Assembly (NCBI GenBank): GCA_000002445.1
Contig: CP000071.1
Span: forward strand, 1 to 64,000
DNA from: Trypanosoma brucei
Taxonomy: Eukaryota
Reading direction: 5' to 3'
Length of the DNA: 64,000 nt
In this document: piece after piece, positions 35,295-48,454 of the stretch
How positions within the stretch are numbered: the stretch's first letter is position 1
How the letters are laid out: each line of letters opens with the position of its first letter
Made by a program: the position numbers and the translations under genes
The notes under the pieces: generated by a model
Databases searched by the model: none
What the model saw: the letters and a program-made list of their open reading frames with translations, nothing else
What the model was told of the DNA's origin: nothing

Positions 35295-35360
35295 AATAAT
35301 AATAATAATGATAGGAGAGTGTTGTCAGTGTGTGAATATACTAATATTATAAAATGAGCA
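35295..35360 (+). repeat. 70-bp repeat (1 unit)
   Basis: AATAATAATAATGATAGGAGAGTGTTGTCAGTGTGTGAATATACTAATATTATAAAATGAG. Confidence 0.8.
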
Positions 35361-36915
35361 ATGTAGCAGAGTGATTAGAGAGCAAAAATTAAAGAACTTT
35401 AAACAATAACAAGTGTGTTTAACAAGAGTAAGTGTAAGTAGGTTACTATGATAGATTGAGAGGAAAAGGAATATTATGAAAAGAAGAAGAGAAAGTTAGA
35501 GGGGTATGTAGAAGATGTGCAACTTCAAACACAAAACAATACGCCGGGTATCATTATATACACAGAGATGACGAAGTGGGTAATGAGGGAAATACAAAGT
35601 CCAGTGTGTAGAGGAAACAAAATCAATATACCATGAAAAAACGGTTTTAGAAAGCGGAATGTGAAAAGGTGCGGCATAGCGTATATGCTCGAAATAACTC
35701 ATTGAGGGATGTATAATTTAAATACAAGGCGCTATAATGAATGTAAATCAATCTGTTATAGAGAATTAAAGTGATAAAGGCCATGAAACTCATATAAAAG
35801 TACTTTTTGTGCTTCAAATTATCGAATTAAAAAATTATATCTAACACAATCATCTGATGCTTGCACAAAATTATGTGACAAACCGCTCAATAGTAGTAAA
35901 TTTAGAATTTTTAGCATCAAGCGAAAGAACACGTTAAAATAATAAAGAAATATAATCTCTATTGCACCACAAGGTATAGAAACGGTGATATTTACTGGCA
36001 TTAATACACCGAGTTTCATTTCCAGAGTTACTATATAAAAAAAGAAGATCATGTTTTATAGACTTAACTATACAAAGGTGTTAAAAGCGTTCGTAGATAT
36101 CTGAGTTGGTGAATTTGAAACAAGGTAACTTAACAATACTGGTGGATCCAATCTAGCAGTCAGAGCCCACTAAGGTCCAGATTTTTCTCATAAGCATTCA
36201 ATTCCATTAGAGCTTTTTTTATAGTTAATTGACAAAGAATTCGATAGGAGTGCAACCGTGCAGACAAAACACCATCGTTTAGATTGGAATCTAAAGGTGA
36301 AAAGCACACGAGAATAAGGCCAAAATTGGAGAAAACAAACCACCTAAAGAAAAAAAACGGACTCCAGCTTATCGATAGAGACTTTTTCCACGAATAGAAT
36401 CGCCATTGACTGAGAAGCTTTTAAGAAAGCACAGAGAAAAAACTATAAAGTAGGCAAGATAATCTCACAACGACAGGAAAGCAGAAAAGGAAGCGTGTTT
36501 CATGTGAAAATGAGTTTACCTATACTGAGGTTTGCACTGTGCATTGCTTGTCGTGCACTAGAAGTGTTCAAAAGAATACCAGAGGTGGGGGCATACGCAT
36601 ATACAGAATCCACAGCGAAGATGTTTCGTACGTCCTAAAGTAAGAATTAGCAGCGAACGGTAAGAAAGTAGTAAGGTAGCACAGCCGGCAATAATAGGAG
36701 CATTTTTTTGTTAAATTTTGCAGTGGTAGAAATGTAAAAAAATGCCATAACTGACTAGTAGGGTTTGTTCTTAGGTGTGCAATAAAGTATGCGACTCGGC
36801 CATAAGCATAATTCCAAAAATCGTTAACAACCACTTTCCATCTTCTTACCACACCGTTAACAAACACAACCCACAGCAAGACGCCAAAATACACCTGGAA
36901 GGTAGGCATAACTAT

Positions 36916-38437
36916 ATGAATTATTTTTGTATAGGTGTTCTGATTGCTTTTGCTACAGCAGCAGCCAGGGCCTGAAATGTCCACAACGGCCAAAACACAG
37001 AAGTTTTCGGAGCCTTATGCGAGCTAGCGCGCTTGTTACAAAACGCACCAGATGTTCCAGAGGCGCTCACAACCAAAACAGGAGACTACAAGGAGATAAT
37101 CAAGCGTAATATGAGCGTCGCCGATAGCTCATGGAAACAGTTATTCGCCGACAGCAAAACACCAGATCAATGGGCGACAGAAAAGCCAAAAAAAAGGCGC
37201 AGCACAGGCAGACTGGGACAAAATGTTGGACGACTGGAGCGAAGCCATTAAGAGCCTTGAGGACACTTCCGGGAAACCGAAAACCACGGAACAGCACTAC
37301 GCGCAGCTATAACCTGCCCAACTTCAGCTCGCCAAGGCTGAACTAGCCGTGATATCCAACACAGCAGTCGAGTTAGCCACAATAGCGAGAACAGCTGAAC
37401 CGACAAGCAGACTAATAAAATCGACAAATATCGCAACGGAGATGAAAAAACTCTTTGTCGGAGACAAATCAGCGACGGTAACGGGCGCAACGCGGGATCA
37501 GGTGTTCGGAGCCGGATCAGCTTCCATCAACTCACGAGAAACTGCGTGCAGCACAACGACGCCGAACGGCAAAATTCAAACATTGCTGGCGGCAATGAGC
37601 TGTATATGCCAAGGAGAGCAAAGTGGTCAAATTGACGACATTTGTTTCAATGGACAAACAGCCGCCAATGTTTGGGAAGACAATGGCGCGCCAAACAACA
37701 ACGCCGCAAAGGAAATAGCACAAAAATGCACCACAGACGATCACAAACAGAAAACTACACACCGGATGATACAGCGGACACTAAACAACATCGCCCGGCT
37801 CGTAACCACCAAATCCGGAAACACGTACCTCGGAGCATTCGAAACCAGCTGCGATGGTCAACAAGCCAACGGCAGGTGCATCAAATGGGCAAACAAAAAG
37901 CCACACGAAATATTTGCGGACCCGAAAACCCCATGGCTCAAAGACGTAGAGGAGCTCGCGGCAGCTCTAGAAGTACGCGAAAAACATAACAACCTCGTAA
38001 ACGACCGAAGTAAACAATTGGCCGTTCTGTTAGCGCGCGCCAGAGCTCTAGAAACCCCACGCAGCTTTGCAACAGCAATAGCACAAACAGCACAAGAAGC
38101 AGCCGGCAGCCAAGGAAAAGCGGAACAAAATAAGGCGGATACCTGCGCCGCCCATACAGCGAACTCGACCTGCACAAAAAAATAACCGCAAATGGGAAGG
38201 TGAGAATGAGACAAAAGGAACATGCAAACCAAAAGATGGAGAAAAGCAGAAAAACGCAACAGGAACAGGAGAAACACCAAATACCGAAGGGAAAAGGGGA
38301 TCCGATAAGAAAAACAAGAGGAGTGCAAATATACTGACTGAAAATTGGAGAGTGAAACTTGCAAATATTTCAGTTTCATCGTCAATAAGAACTTTTCTCT
38401 GATGGATGCTGCTTTTATGAGTTTTTTAGCATTTTAA
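36916..38437 (+). pseudogene. VSG pseudogene (A-type-like). Frameshift after the signal peptide and stops/frameshifts in the C-terminal domain
   Basis: Signal peptide MNYFCIGVLIAFATAAARA. N-domain ORF 37349..38185. GPI tail CKYFSFIVNKNFSLMDAAFMSFLAF in a shifted frame. Confidence 0.8.
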
Positions 38438-38704
38438 GGACTTTAAGGATTTTAATAAACTTACGAAATTTATGGAAATTACTATGTTGTGAGTATTTGA
38501 TAAATTTTACTAAATTTTTAAAAATATTTAAATTTAAACACCACTTTATTAAAATTTTCAAATTAGCGAAATTTTTCAAAATTTGAAATATGGTATGATA
38601 GTGGCCTATGACTGAAGAGTTGTATGGTAAAAAAGTATGAAAAGAAAGCAACATTATAATTTTGTTTATTTAGTTTATTTTGTGGATATTAATTAGTGTT
38701 ATAT

Positions 38705-38815
38705 TATTTATAATAATGATAATGAAAGGAGAGTGTTGTGAGCGTGTATACACGAATATTATAATAAGAGCAGTATTGATATTAATTATGATAGTTATAG
38801 TTATAGTAATAGTGA
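38705..38815 (+). repeat. 70-bp repeat block (about 1.5 units)
   Basis: TAATAATGATAATGAAAGGAGAGTGTTGTGAGCGTGTATACACGAATATTATAATAAGAGCAGTATTGATATTAATTATGATAG. Confidence 0.8.
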
Positions 38816-39024
38816 TGGAAGTGGGTGTTGTGGTTATCTTCTCATTAATATTATCAGGAGTATGCTGACGATAAACAATTTATGCCGAAATGAAAGCACT
38901 TAAGGCAAATGAGAGGGTGAAATGAGAGGAAGTAAATGAGTGGGATGATAAATATGAGAATGGCGGGCAAGTGGTATATTATTTAACGAAAAGCAGAGAA
39001 ACATGGAAAGAAAGAGAAAAGAGG

Positions 39025-39085
39025 AGATGAAAGACAGAAGATAGAAGATAGAAGATAGAAGATGGAAGATGGAAGATGGAAAATA
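39025..39085 (+). repeat. (GAAGATR)n 7-bp tandem repeat, about 8 units, inside a purine-rich tract
   Basis: GAAGATAGAAGATAGAAGATAGAAGATGGAAGATGGAAGATGGAAAATAGG. Confidence 0.7.
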
Positions 39086-39989
39086 GGCAATATTATACAC
39101 AAATCTGACAATGTGAATTTTCAACACATGGAGATAATGGAAGGGAAACTCATTGAAAGACAGAGTGAAGCGTACAGGCTTAATAAAATCACCACGGTAT
39201 CTGTAGAAACAGTGAAATGATAAGGAATGGAAGGAAGAAAAGTACGTAATGAAACAACAAAATGCATGCCGGACCAGCAAAAGATAAAATATTAAAAGAA
39301 AAGATTGTAGTTCATAATTAACGCAGAAATAGATAAGTGTAGCTGTAGTGATAATCATAGCTGCAACAGCAGTGGTCCGTAAAGTTATACAGATGGAGCT
39401 CTCATGCTTAAAATAGACTGTTGGAGCAGAAAACACAAAAAATGGTAAATTTATTCAAACATATGAGTATATCAGTACAACTAGATACCGCCAGAACCCT
39501 AAAAAATCATAAAGGGGAAATGTGAGTGCAAGAAAAACGGAAAGCACATATTTTGTGGCAATAATTATAGTTGAAGCTAAATTCTAAACAAAAAGTATAT
39601 GCGTGATGAAATATAAACTTTACACTCTGAGAATAAACAATTAAACTGCTACATAATAAAAATGTAAAGGTATTACTTATCTAAACAACTTAGTGGTGAA
39701 ATAGACTTCACACCTTATAGTGTTTATGCTTGTCCTACAACCCTCTCACCCATTTCATGGTAGATTAGGTCATTTATATTCCTAGTATGAGAATATTTCT
39801 GTTGAATTTTATATTACATTTAGTGCTTATAAGTTCAATATCACTTCCAGATGATGGAATAAATAACAAAGCAAATATGATATGTAATCACTCTAAAAAG
39901 CCCAAGAGTGTTTGTGGTTGTATTTCAATCTCATGTAACTCAAGGATGGTGTATTCTCATATTTAGTGTCAAACTAAGTAATGTTGAAA

Positions 39990-40860
39990 TTATTACAATT
40001 GAAATGGGAGGTTTGTATAGCCATGTTAAGAGACCTAGATGGGTTATGGAATTTTTAGAAAGACAGAATGCAAGTGATGATGATGTTGTAATAACAGTTG
40101 ATGGATCTGATGTTATAGTTAGTGATGAAAGTAAGTATGACAAGGCGGTAAAATCTTTTATACAGAATAGTGCAGAGAATGATGAGCAGTTTAAAGGAGA
40201 GGATATAGTCAAAGAAAACATATTTCTTCTATTTTATTTATGACAACATCAGATTGTTATGCACCGCAGTTGGATTCACTTATGAACTCAGATCAAAAGG
40301 AGCATGTGCAGAAATGTTTTTGCTTTTTTAATGTGGGTTACAGAAATTAAGAGGATAAAAAATTACCTCATTTACTAAAATCACCTTCAAGTGGAAAACC
40401 TTATCTTAGTGGTGGCGGCTTGATAGCGCGAGTATTGGCGTTTAAGATATTTGAATATACATTTGGAGAGTTACTAAAGGGAAGTGGGAAGTGGTGGTCG
40501 GATCAAAGTATTTCTAAGCCTCTGTTAATATGGAGTGCAGTTGAGGCAAACGCTGTTAAGCAGAGATTTTTTTTGAGGTGAATAATGACTGGACTGGATT
40601 GAATTAGATTATGAGGAAAGATTCTTTTGTACTCCCAATAGTGGTGACTTTGGAAAGGCTCCATTCATTCATTTTCATTGAGAGCCGTTTGCATGACAGC
40701 AGAGAGCGGTATTGATTTTGAAAAATCTTACCTTGTATAAAGAAGTGGAGAAAAGAGAATTTGTAACAGGAGACTTGTGTAATATTTAAATTTATACTGT
40801 AGGTGGAAGGAATTTGGATTTGACATATGGAAATATTTGTTGTAATGCGTTCGTAAATGG
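39990..40860 (+). pseudogene. Unidentified degenerate coding fragment, copy 2 of 2 (paralogue of 5560-6360)
   Basis: ORF 39908..40243 (MGGLYSHVKRPRWVMEFLERQNASDDDVVITVDGSDVIVSDESKYDKAVKSF...) followed by stop-ridden homologous sequence collinear with copy 1. Confidence 0.45.
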
Positions 40861-41072
40861 TGGTTTGTTTGAGTATAAGAAGTTTTAATATAAATATGAC
40901 AGAATTGCCGATTCTTAAAACAGGAACAAATAGGAACTTAAGGTAAATAGAAAAAAAGGAAGATCTGTCTAGAAACAAATTGTCTCGCATCACAAGCCAT
41001 CACAATAAAAGCATTTTCATGGATATTCCCAGATTTAGTTCAAGAAAATAGAATTCTTAGCACCAAATAAGC

Positions 41073-42557
41073 ATGATTGGGGTGACAAAGCCGCTATTTC
41101 TGGTCATAGCTGCTCAACCATCAATGACAGCGGCCAACGGCAACGCCCCAGAGTTCAAAATCATGTACGAAATATACCAATTGGCGGCAAGTCGAGGAGA
41201 TATCACCACGATTAATTCCGACCCAAATGTTGAGTCAAATCTGAGGAGCTTAAAACCCTAAATTTAACGGTTGCAAGTGAAGCCTGGCTGGAAGATAAGG
41301 AAGGTGCACTTGCCGACAAAGACGGCACAAAGAAAGAAGATGCAAGGAAAGAGTGGCAAAAAGAAAAGCTCAAACTTGACAAGACTCCAGCCGATGGCAA
41401 AGAGCGCAAATTACGCAGGTTTCCAAACCACAGCAGTCGACCAGCGGCGGCTGCTGCAATCAAAAGAGCCTTGGAAGCCGCACTGAACTTAAAAGACCAG
41501 TACTACCTAATTTCGGCACGGCAAAAAGCCGCACCTTCAGAAATCAAAAAAGACCTAACTGATGCAGCATACGGCACCGGTAACGCCAAAATCAAAGGCA
41601 GTATCATGGTGGCATCTGCAAAAACTTACTGCGGCAGCACAACCGGCTGCGCCTCAACCAGGACAGGAATAGCCTATAACTTTCTCTGTCTCCACAGTTT
41701 AACTGACCGGCCGGCCACGGTGGAGTGCGCCCACGGCCTAACAGGCAACCATTTAAACGAGCAGCCCGGCGACAGTAACGCACAAACCGCACTCACAGCG
41801 ACCCTACAGAAATGCCCCAAGAATGTTGGCAAGAACGACCTGACAGCTTAACGAATTACAGCGGTCATCAGCGCGTTTCTTAGCCAGTTGGGACGGGCAA
41901 ACACATGCGAAGCAAAGACCCCAGTGAGTTATATCTACGGCAAGGCGCACAGCAACGGAAACTGCAACGCCAAATCCGGTCAAGGAAACTGCATAAACTA
42001 CAAGCAGCAACTCACAGGGAGCGGAACTGGGATACCGTGGATCAAGAAGCTCGAAGGCGCACAACAAAAGCTGTTAAATCAAGTAGAAGATGAGACCGCA
42101 ATGAGGACGATCGCAGCTAAAATTGAAACACTGACAACCACCGCGTGAAGGATACACGACCAAGCGCTGCTAACCCCGGATGTCGCCGCGACCACCAAGC
42201 CAAGCGCCACAGAACTCTCAACAAGAACAGAAACAGACGAAACTTGCGAAAAAAAGGCACAGGAGATAACTGCAAACCTCCATGCAAAGTTGTTGGGGAA
42301 GGTGACGCCGCAAAGTGCAAATTGTATAAGGAAGAAGTAAAAAAACAGGGAGAAAACCAAGCAAGAGAGAAAGATAGGAAACCTGACTGCAGTAAATTTA
42401 CCAACCACTAAGCCTTTGAGGATGTAAACAAGGATGGAAAAAAGGAAGGGATAGTGACCCTTACAACGATACAGTCAAGTACCGTGATTCCAGTTTACTC
42501 GTCAATAAGAAAATGGCTCTAATGGCTGCTGCTTGTGTGAGTTTGATAGAGTTCTAA
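41073..42557 (+). pseudogene. VSG pseudogene (A-type-like) with multiple frameshifts
   Basis: Signal peptide plus start MIGVTKPLFLVIAAQPSMTAANGNAPEFKIMYEIYQLAA. N-domain pieces 41271..41851 and 41888..42148. C-terminal domain CKPPCKVVGEGDAAKCKLYKEEVKKQ. Tail DSSLLVNKKMALMAAACVSLIEF. Confidence 0.8.
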
Positions 42558-42832
42558 ATATTTTAGTATTCTAGGTTTTTTTTCTCATTTTTATGATATC
42601 TATTATATTTTTTTGAGAGAACTTTATATATTTACTAAACTTTGATATTTCTTAACAGTTTTTGATGCAAACGTGTTAAATAGTTAATTTTTTAAATTAT
42701 AAAATGATTAATATTGAAAGTTAAGTAAAATATGAATGATAATGGCCAATAGGCGTAAACTACGAGGGTGAGAGGGTGCGAAAACGTTACTATTTAAATT
42801 TTTATACTTTTTTGTTAATGAATACTAGTGGT

Positions 42833-42895
42833 TATGATAATAATAATAGGAAAGTGTTGTGAGTGTGTATATATACGAATATTATAATAAGAGTG
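42833..42895 (+). repeat. 70-bp repeat (1 unit)
   Basis: GATAATAATAATAGGAAAGTGTTGTGAGTGTGTATATATACGAATATTATAATAAGAGTGG. Confidence 0.8.
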
Positions 42896-43849
42896 GTTGT
42901 GAAGATTAAATGAAAAGAAAAAGTAGAAACACTTTAAAAAATAGTAAGGGTGGTATGTGAGTAAGTGAGTGAAAAAGAATTAGTATGAACAAACAAGAAT
43001 ATTATTATGAAAGAAAATGCAGATAGGGGAAGGCAGGGGAAAGGATATGGAACATGTGCAGTGTCAAACAAAAACATGAATATGGTAATCAGTACAAAAG
43101 AAGAAGTCTTATGGAGCAATGATGGAGGGAGAAAGTTCAGTGTAGTGGACAAATGGGATATATGTGTTATCTGTAGGAGCAAAAAGTAAATACAAAAGAA
43201 AGAACCTACGCAGTGAAGCAACTGGATACGGAAAGGCGGGGCACAGGGAGGCAAAATGCAGCCGATTATGATGCACCGTATATAACGCGAAATTGGATGG
43301 ATGTACAAGCGAAGATGCTGGTCGAAACTGGAACTTTTTAATCTGATGGCGTATCCAAATGTCAAGGAGTAAGTTCAGTAGAAAATTAACCATAGAATTA
43401 ATTTTTTGGGGGGATGTAGTGACAATAAGAAAAGGATAGAGAAGATTTTGTAGATGAGAAGTGAAGATTTAAGAAATTTTTAAATCTTGCTTTTACCGTA
43501 TCTATTATCATAATCTCGCGGAGAGGAAGTCTGTAATTAGCAGCGGAGAACAGACACAGGGTCACAAAACTTTACCACAACGGGTATCCGCGGCATAAAA
43601 ATATAGTCACACTACCCTTTGCGCCATCCAGAGATGCTATGCAACCCTTGACGAAGCTGCAACCGCACCACTTAACATCAAATCCAAGACAGCAATGCAC
43701 TACATAACCACCACAGCCTCTTTTTTTTTGAAAAAAGCCAAGCTGCAGGCGTCTTTGAAAAGCATTTTTACTTCTTTGTGGAACTTCACAATAACTAAAA
43801 CGGATAACAGCCACGGGCAGCGAATAGTATAATAGAAGAGCTAACCGCG

Positions 43850-45373
43850 ATGGCTAAAAAAGCATTAGGCTTCGCTCCAGTTGCAACTCTAATAATTGTG
43901 TTGTCACCGTCTTCAATTCACGCCAACGTTGGACCAGGAGACAACGCCGCGGAGTTCAATATCTTGTGCGAAGTAATTTCTCTTGCCGAGAGCGCACCGA
44001 CGCTACCTACCGTCCAACCAGCACCCACTTCGCAATACGATGAACTCTTCAGACTAAATATGACGGCTGCTGACGAGAAGTGGCAAAAAATGTTCTTAAA
44101 AACAGCCGACCCCAAAGTGTGGCACCAAACGCGGCCGGAAAGCATCACTGACCCTGGAGGTTAGGACAGTAACTGGGCAAGCTGGGCCAAAGCTGCAGAG
44201 GAAATAACACAAGATGCCAAAATGGCTGAAATCAAAAAGTTGAAGCTGGAAGAAGCAAACCCAAATCAGTTAACTCAAATAAGGACGGAACTGAAAAAAC
44301 TGGCAACCGCGGCCAAAAGTAAAATGGCTGAGCGCCAGGCGCTGCAGGACAAACTCAGTAAACCTGCAGGCAACCTAGCTGAAACGCTCAAAGACATAGC
44401 GTATGGAAACAAGCAACAGACGCGCGACACCGTACTCGCAGCCAACAGTTTTGGCGGTGGACCGGCAGCGTATACCACAGTATGCTGAGGCACGGCAACA
44501 AACAACAAACTAACAACGGTAGCGGGCACCATAGCCTGCCTCTGCAACAAAGCAGTGGCGAACGGCGAATCAGCAGTATGCGGGAGATCAGAAAAACTCT
44601 CAACTTCGACGTGGACAGTCGGCAGCGGCCCGGACGACGATGTCATAAGAGAGCCACTGACATTCTGCAACAAATATAGCCCGAAGGAACTCACTTCAGC
44701 ATCCGTATACCGCGTTTTAGAAAGCATCAGCCGCCACATCAAGGTTTCCGGGACAGACGGAATACTGGGAAAACAGCACGCCGGCTCCTGTAAAGGAGCG
44801 AAAACTGACGGCATCTGCATCAAACTAACAGGTTGGGCCGCCGACAGGCATGCAGATATAACAAAACTACAATGGGCACAGAAGCTCAAAACACTGGCGG
44901 ACGAAGTGCAACAACGAGAAGAAGCAGCAACCGAAGCAAAACAAGTTGACGACGACATTATAAAACTGCATGCGGAAGCAATGTTGGTAAGGGAAAATAC
45001 GCGACACATTCAGGAAACGGCTCGAAGCCTCGGAAGCGGAAAGCAGCCACCTACTTCTTCAGCGAAAGACACAAGCGCCGGATGCAAAAACCACACCAAC
45101 AAGACCGCAGAGCAATGCCAAACCCTTGTAAGCGACCATGATCCTGCAACTAACAAATGCAAACCTAAAACAGGAGCAGAAGCAACACTAGTGGGAACAG
45201 GAGAGGGAGTTGCAGGAGAACAAAAGAAAAGGGAGAAATGCAAGGGGAAATTAGAACCCGAATGCACCAAATCTCCCGAATGCAAATGGGATGGAAAAGA
45301 GTGCAAGGATTCCAGTTTTATCTTGAGCAATAAATTGGCCCTTATTGCTGATTTTATGAGTTTACTGTTTTAA
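43850..45373 (+). pseudogene. VSG pseudogene. All three ORF pieces are in the same frame, so only two in-frame stops (TAG 44162-44164, TGA 44486-44488) disrupt it
   Basis: Signal peptide MAKKALGFAPVATLIIVLSPSSIHA. Motif EFNILCEVISL. C-terminal domain CKGKLEPECTKSPECKWDGKECKDSSFILSNKLALIADFMSLLF. Confidence 0.85.
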
Positions 45374-45450
45374 TTTCTAGCTCTTTCAGGATTTTTGTCC
45401 AATTTCATGAATTTTTTTAATTTTTGATTTAGAGGAAATTTTATAAAATA

Positions 45451-45466
45451 TGATATATTTTAACAC
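45451..45466 (+). promoter_or_regulatory. VSG 3'UTR conserved 16-mer, perfect
   Basis: TGATATATTTTAACAC about 80 nt after the stop. Confidence 0.7.
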
Positions 45467-45637
45467 TGTTTGATGAAAATGTTAAAGTTAGTGAAAAACG
45501 TGAAAAATTTTAAAATCTTATAATTTGATATGAAGGTAGCTTCTGAACGTATAGCAAAATGGTAGGATAAGAAATGTGAGTTCTATTATACCTTGCTATT
45601 ATTATTTTTTGTTTGTTTTATGGATTTTATTTGGTGT

Positions 45638-45765
45638 TATAATAATGATAATGATAGGAGTGCGTTGTGAGTGTGTAAGTACGAATATTATAATAAGAGC
45701 AGTAATAATAATAATAATAATAGGAGAGTGTTGTGACTGTGTATATACTAATATTATAATAAGGT
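45638..45765 (+). repeat. 70-bp repeat block (2 units)
   Basis: Two cores, ...GATAGGAGTGCGTTGTGAGTGTGTAAGTACGAATATTATAATAAGAG and ...TAGGAGAGTGTTGTGACTGTGTATATACTAATATTATAATAAGG, separated by (TAA)n. Confidence 0.85.
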
Positions 45766-46607
45766 TAGTAATGAGAACTCAATGGACAACCACAATAGAA
45801 GCAGTTAAACAAAAGTAACGGTTGCTATGAGAGTGAGTTAGTGGGTGGGCCAGCTGATAAGAAATATTTATCAAAAGGAATATTGCTATAGAAAAAGCGG
45901 AACAGTAGGGACGTGTAATATGCTCAGCTTAAATCACAAGCACATGATGGAGATAATAATAAGGTGTAGAAAGAGAGAAAGAGAGCACGGTTTACAAGCC
46001 AAATGTATTCGTTATATATAGAAGCGGCGATACCAGAGGAAAAAGGAAAAAGGAAAAATGAAAAATTTCGACGAAATGACAGACTAGGTGGAAGCCCGGC
46101 GAACAATGATACATCAGGAGCAAACAATGATGTGCCATTTTTACACAACAATGGATAGATGATACAGAGGAGATGATGGTAGTGACTCTGATTTTTTATA
46201 TAATGGGGTAGGTTAATGTTAAACAATAACCAAAAAAAACGCTGAGGATTCGAAGGTTAAATTTGGGGTATTATTTTTTAACGGTGACAATAATGCAGAA
46301 AAGGTTTAATAGATAATGGCCAAATATGCATTACATTTGCTCCAAAAACCAAAAACCGCGATTGCTAACATAAATACAGCGAGCAGTACCGACGTATACG
46401 TCGCTAAAAGCTAAGTAAAAATACGCTAGCACAAAAGTCGAGACAGGAAAAAACTGTAATCTCGTGAAATACAGCACAGAACCAAATCCACAACCCTTTT
46501 AAAGCTGAAAAAATGACAATCAAATATAGAAACATCGCGAAAGTAAACAGTCAACAAAGGGGGAGGGAACATCAGAGATAGGCATATTAGAACCTTCAAA
46601 AACGGTA

Positions 46608-48055
46608 ATGCAAATAGAATCAGTACGCTCAGCTGTTGCTATAACAGTGCTCCACCTACTGACAAAACCAACAGACGGAGGAAACAACCACATCGGCTAT
46701 GCAGCGTGGAAAAAGGCCTGTGACTTTGCGGCCGACCTAGCGAAAGCGCCAAGCAGAACAGTCTGGTTCGCACTAAAAGATACTAAAAGGGCTGAAACGG
46801 CGATTACGTTATCACTCGCAGCGCTTGCAAGAGCAGCAATAATAACCGATGCCAATGAAAGCCTTGCGCTCAATGCTTTATCTTCAGCGGCACTAAACAC
46901 CGCCTCACTCAGCCTAAACAAGCTGGAGGCCGAAACGCTTCAAAATGTTGAGGCCGCGGCAGTAGCGTCGTGCCTCAAGGGCCACATCGAAGAAACTCTG
47001 ACAATCCTTCGGGACGCACCTTCGAGCAGTCGCTGGTGCCTAAACGTCCGAGAAGACGGCGCCAAAGCAGCAGGTGACGCGATGCTAAGTCAATGCACAG
47101 ACAAACTGTCGACCCTCACGGCAGCAGAAAAAAAACTCAGCAGCGCAAAAACAACATCTGCAGGGTTCTCAGAGCTGACGCGCGTTAAATCGAACCTAGC
47201 AGAAACAACCACAGACGACAACAAATGTGTACTCACCGCAGCCAGGAACACCGGCAACACAAATTCAATCCAGACAAACAAAAAAATCATGGGCGGCATA
47301 CTCAAATTCACAGGAGATGGCGACGCCGAACTGCTACCACACAACACCAGAAAGAAACCACAGACAAGACCGGGCGGTGGCAAGGAGATAATCGACTTGG
47401 CGCACCATTTACTCAGCGCCCTAGAGAACCGACAAACGACTGCAGCGGAGGCAACGCAACAGAACCTCATAAACACCATAGCGACCGAAAGCACGATAAA
47501 GCCAATAATAGCGGATCTGGCGGTACAAACCGGGCTAACGCGGAATGGAGACCCGGCGAACCAGAAGGCGGAAGGAACATTCAAAAGAATGGCAGGAGAT
47601 GCTGGCGCCAACCTAAAAAAGTTGTGGGTCAGTTTACAAAATACACCAATAGATAAACAACAGGCAGAAAAATCTGAGACAGACACTGTGGCTGAACTTA
47701 ACACACCAAAGAAACTGATTCAATATCTCAGTTACAAAATCACCACAGATAAATTCCAAATTCGCCTGCTACAAGCTAAAAACGCCAAACTAAAAGCGGA
47801 AGCCAAAAATGGCAAAAAAGAAGTAAAATCAATAGAGAAAAATTGAAATGAAAAAACAGATGCCGAAAAGTGCAATGATGACAAAAACTGCAAATATGAT
47901 GAAACCAAAAAAGAGGGACCAAAATGTGTATTGAGTGAGAAAAGCAAAAAGGAAGCAGAAAAAACGAGAGAAAAGGTGACAAAACTTCAAACACCACAGG
48001 AAGCAATTCCTTTGTAATCAACCGTCACCCTTTTATTGCATTTTTGCTTCTATAA
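46608..48055 (+). pseudogene. VSG pseudogene (A-type-like). In-frame TGA at 47847-47849 and a frameshift just before the GPI signal
   Basis: N-domain ORF 46608..47846. C-terminal domain CNDDKNCKYDETKKEGPKCV. Tail TTGSNSFVINRHPFIAFLLL in the +1 frame. Confidence 0.8.
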
Positions 48056-48096
48056 AAATTTTAGGTTTTTCCCCCTCTTTAAAAAACTTTGCTATT

Positions 48097-48110
48097 TGAT
48101 ATATTTTAAT
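48097..48110 (+). promoter_or_regulatory. VSG 3'UTR 16-mer variant (TGATATATTTTAAT)
   Basis: Preceded by CCCCCTCTTTAAAAAACTTTGCTATT as in other units. Confidence 0.55.
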
Positions 48111-48283
48111 ATTTTTTAATTAAAATATGAAAGCTCAGATTTTCAATATATGAAATTGTAAGATTAAAATCGACTATGGGCGCTAAGAAGTATGGTGGCA
48201 GGGAATAAAAAATAAGTGATACTCTAACTTGGTTTTTTATTTTGTTTTATAGATATTGAGTAGGTTATAATAGTAAAACTAGT

Positions 48284-48330
48284 ATGATGATAATGATAAT
48301 GATAATGATAACGATGATAATTATGAACGG
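48284..48330 (+). repeat. Partial 70-bp repeat: (TGA/TAA)n arm only
   Basis: TGATGATAATGATAATGATAATGATAACGATGATAATTATG. Confidence 0.45.
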
Positions 48331-48454
48331 ACAAAATAGAAGCACACAAAAAATAGCATGGGTGAAATGTGAGTAACTTATGTGAAGAAATGATGAGGAT
48401 TATTGCTAAAAACTTGTAGGAAAAAGAGATGGAGATATAATATGTGCAGTTTTT

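Noticed and set aside
38900..39436. 178-aa - strand ORF overlapping the purine-rich tract and the (GAAGATR)n repeat
   Set aside because: The ORF is the complement of a poly-purine low-complexity stretch. The translation is Ser/Phe/Leu repeats typical of spurious frames.
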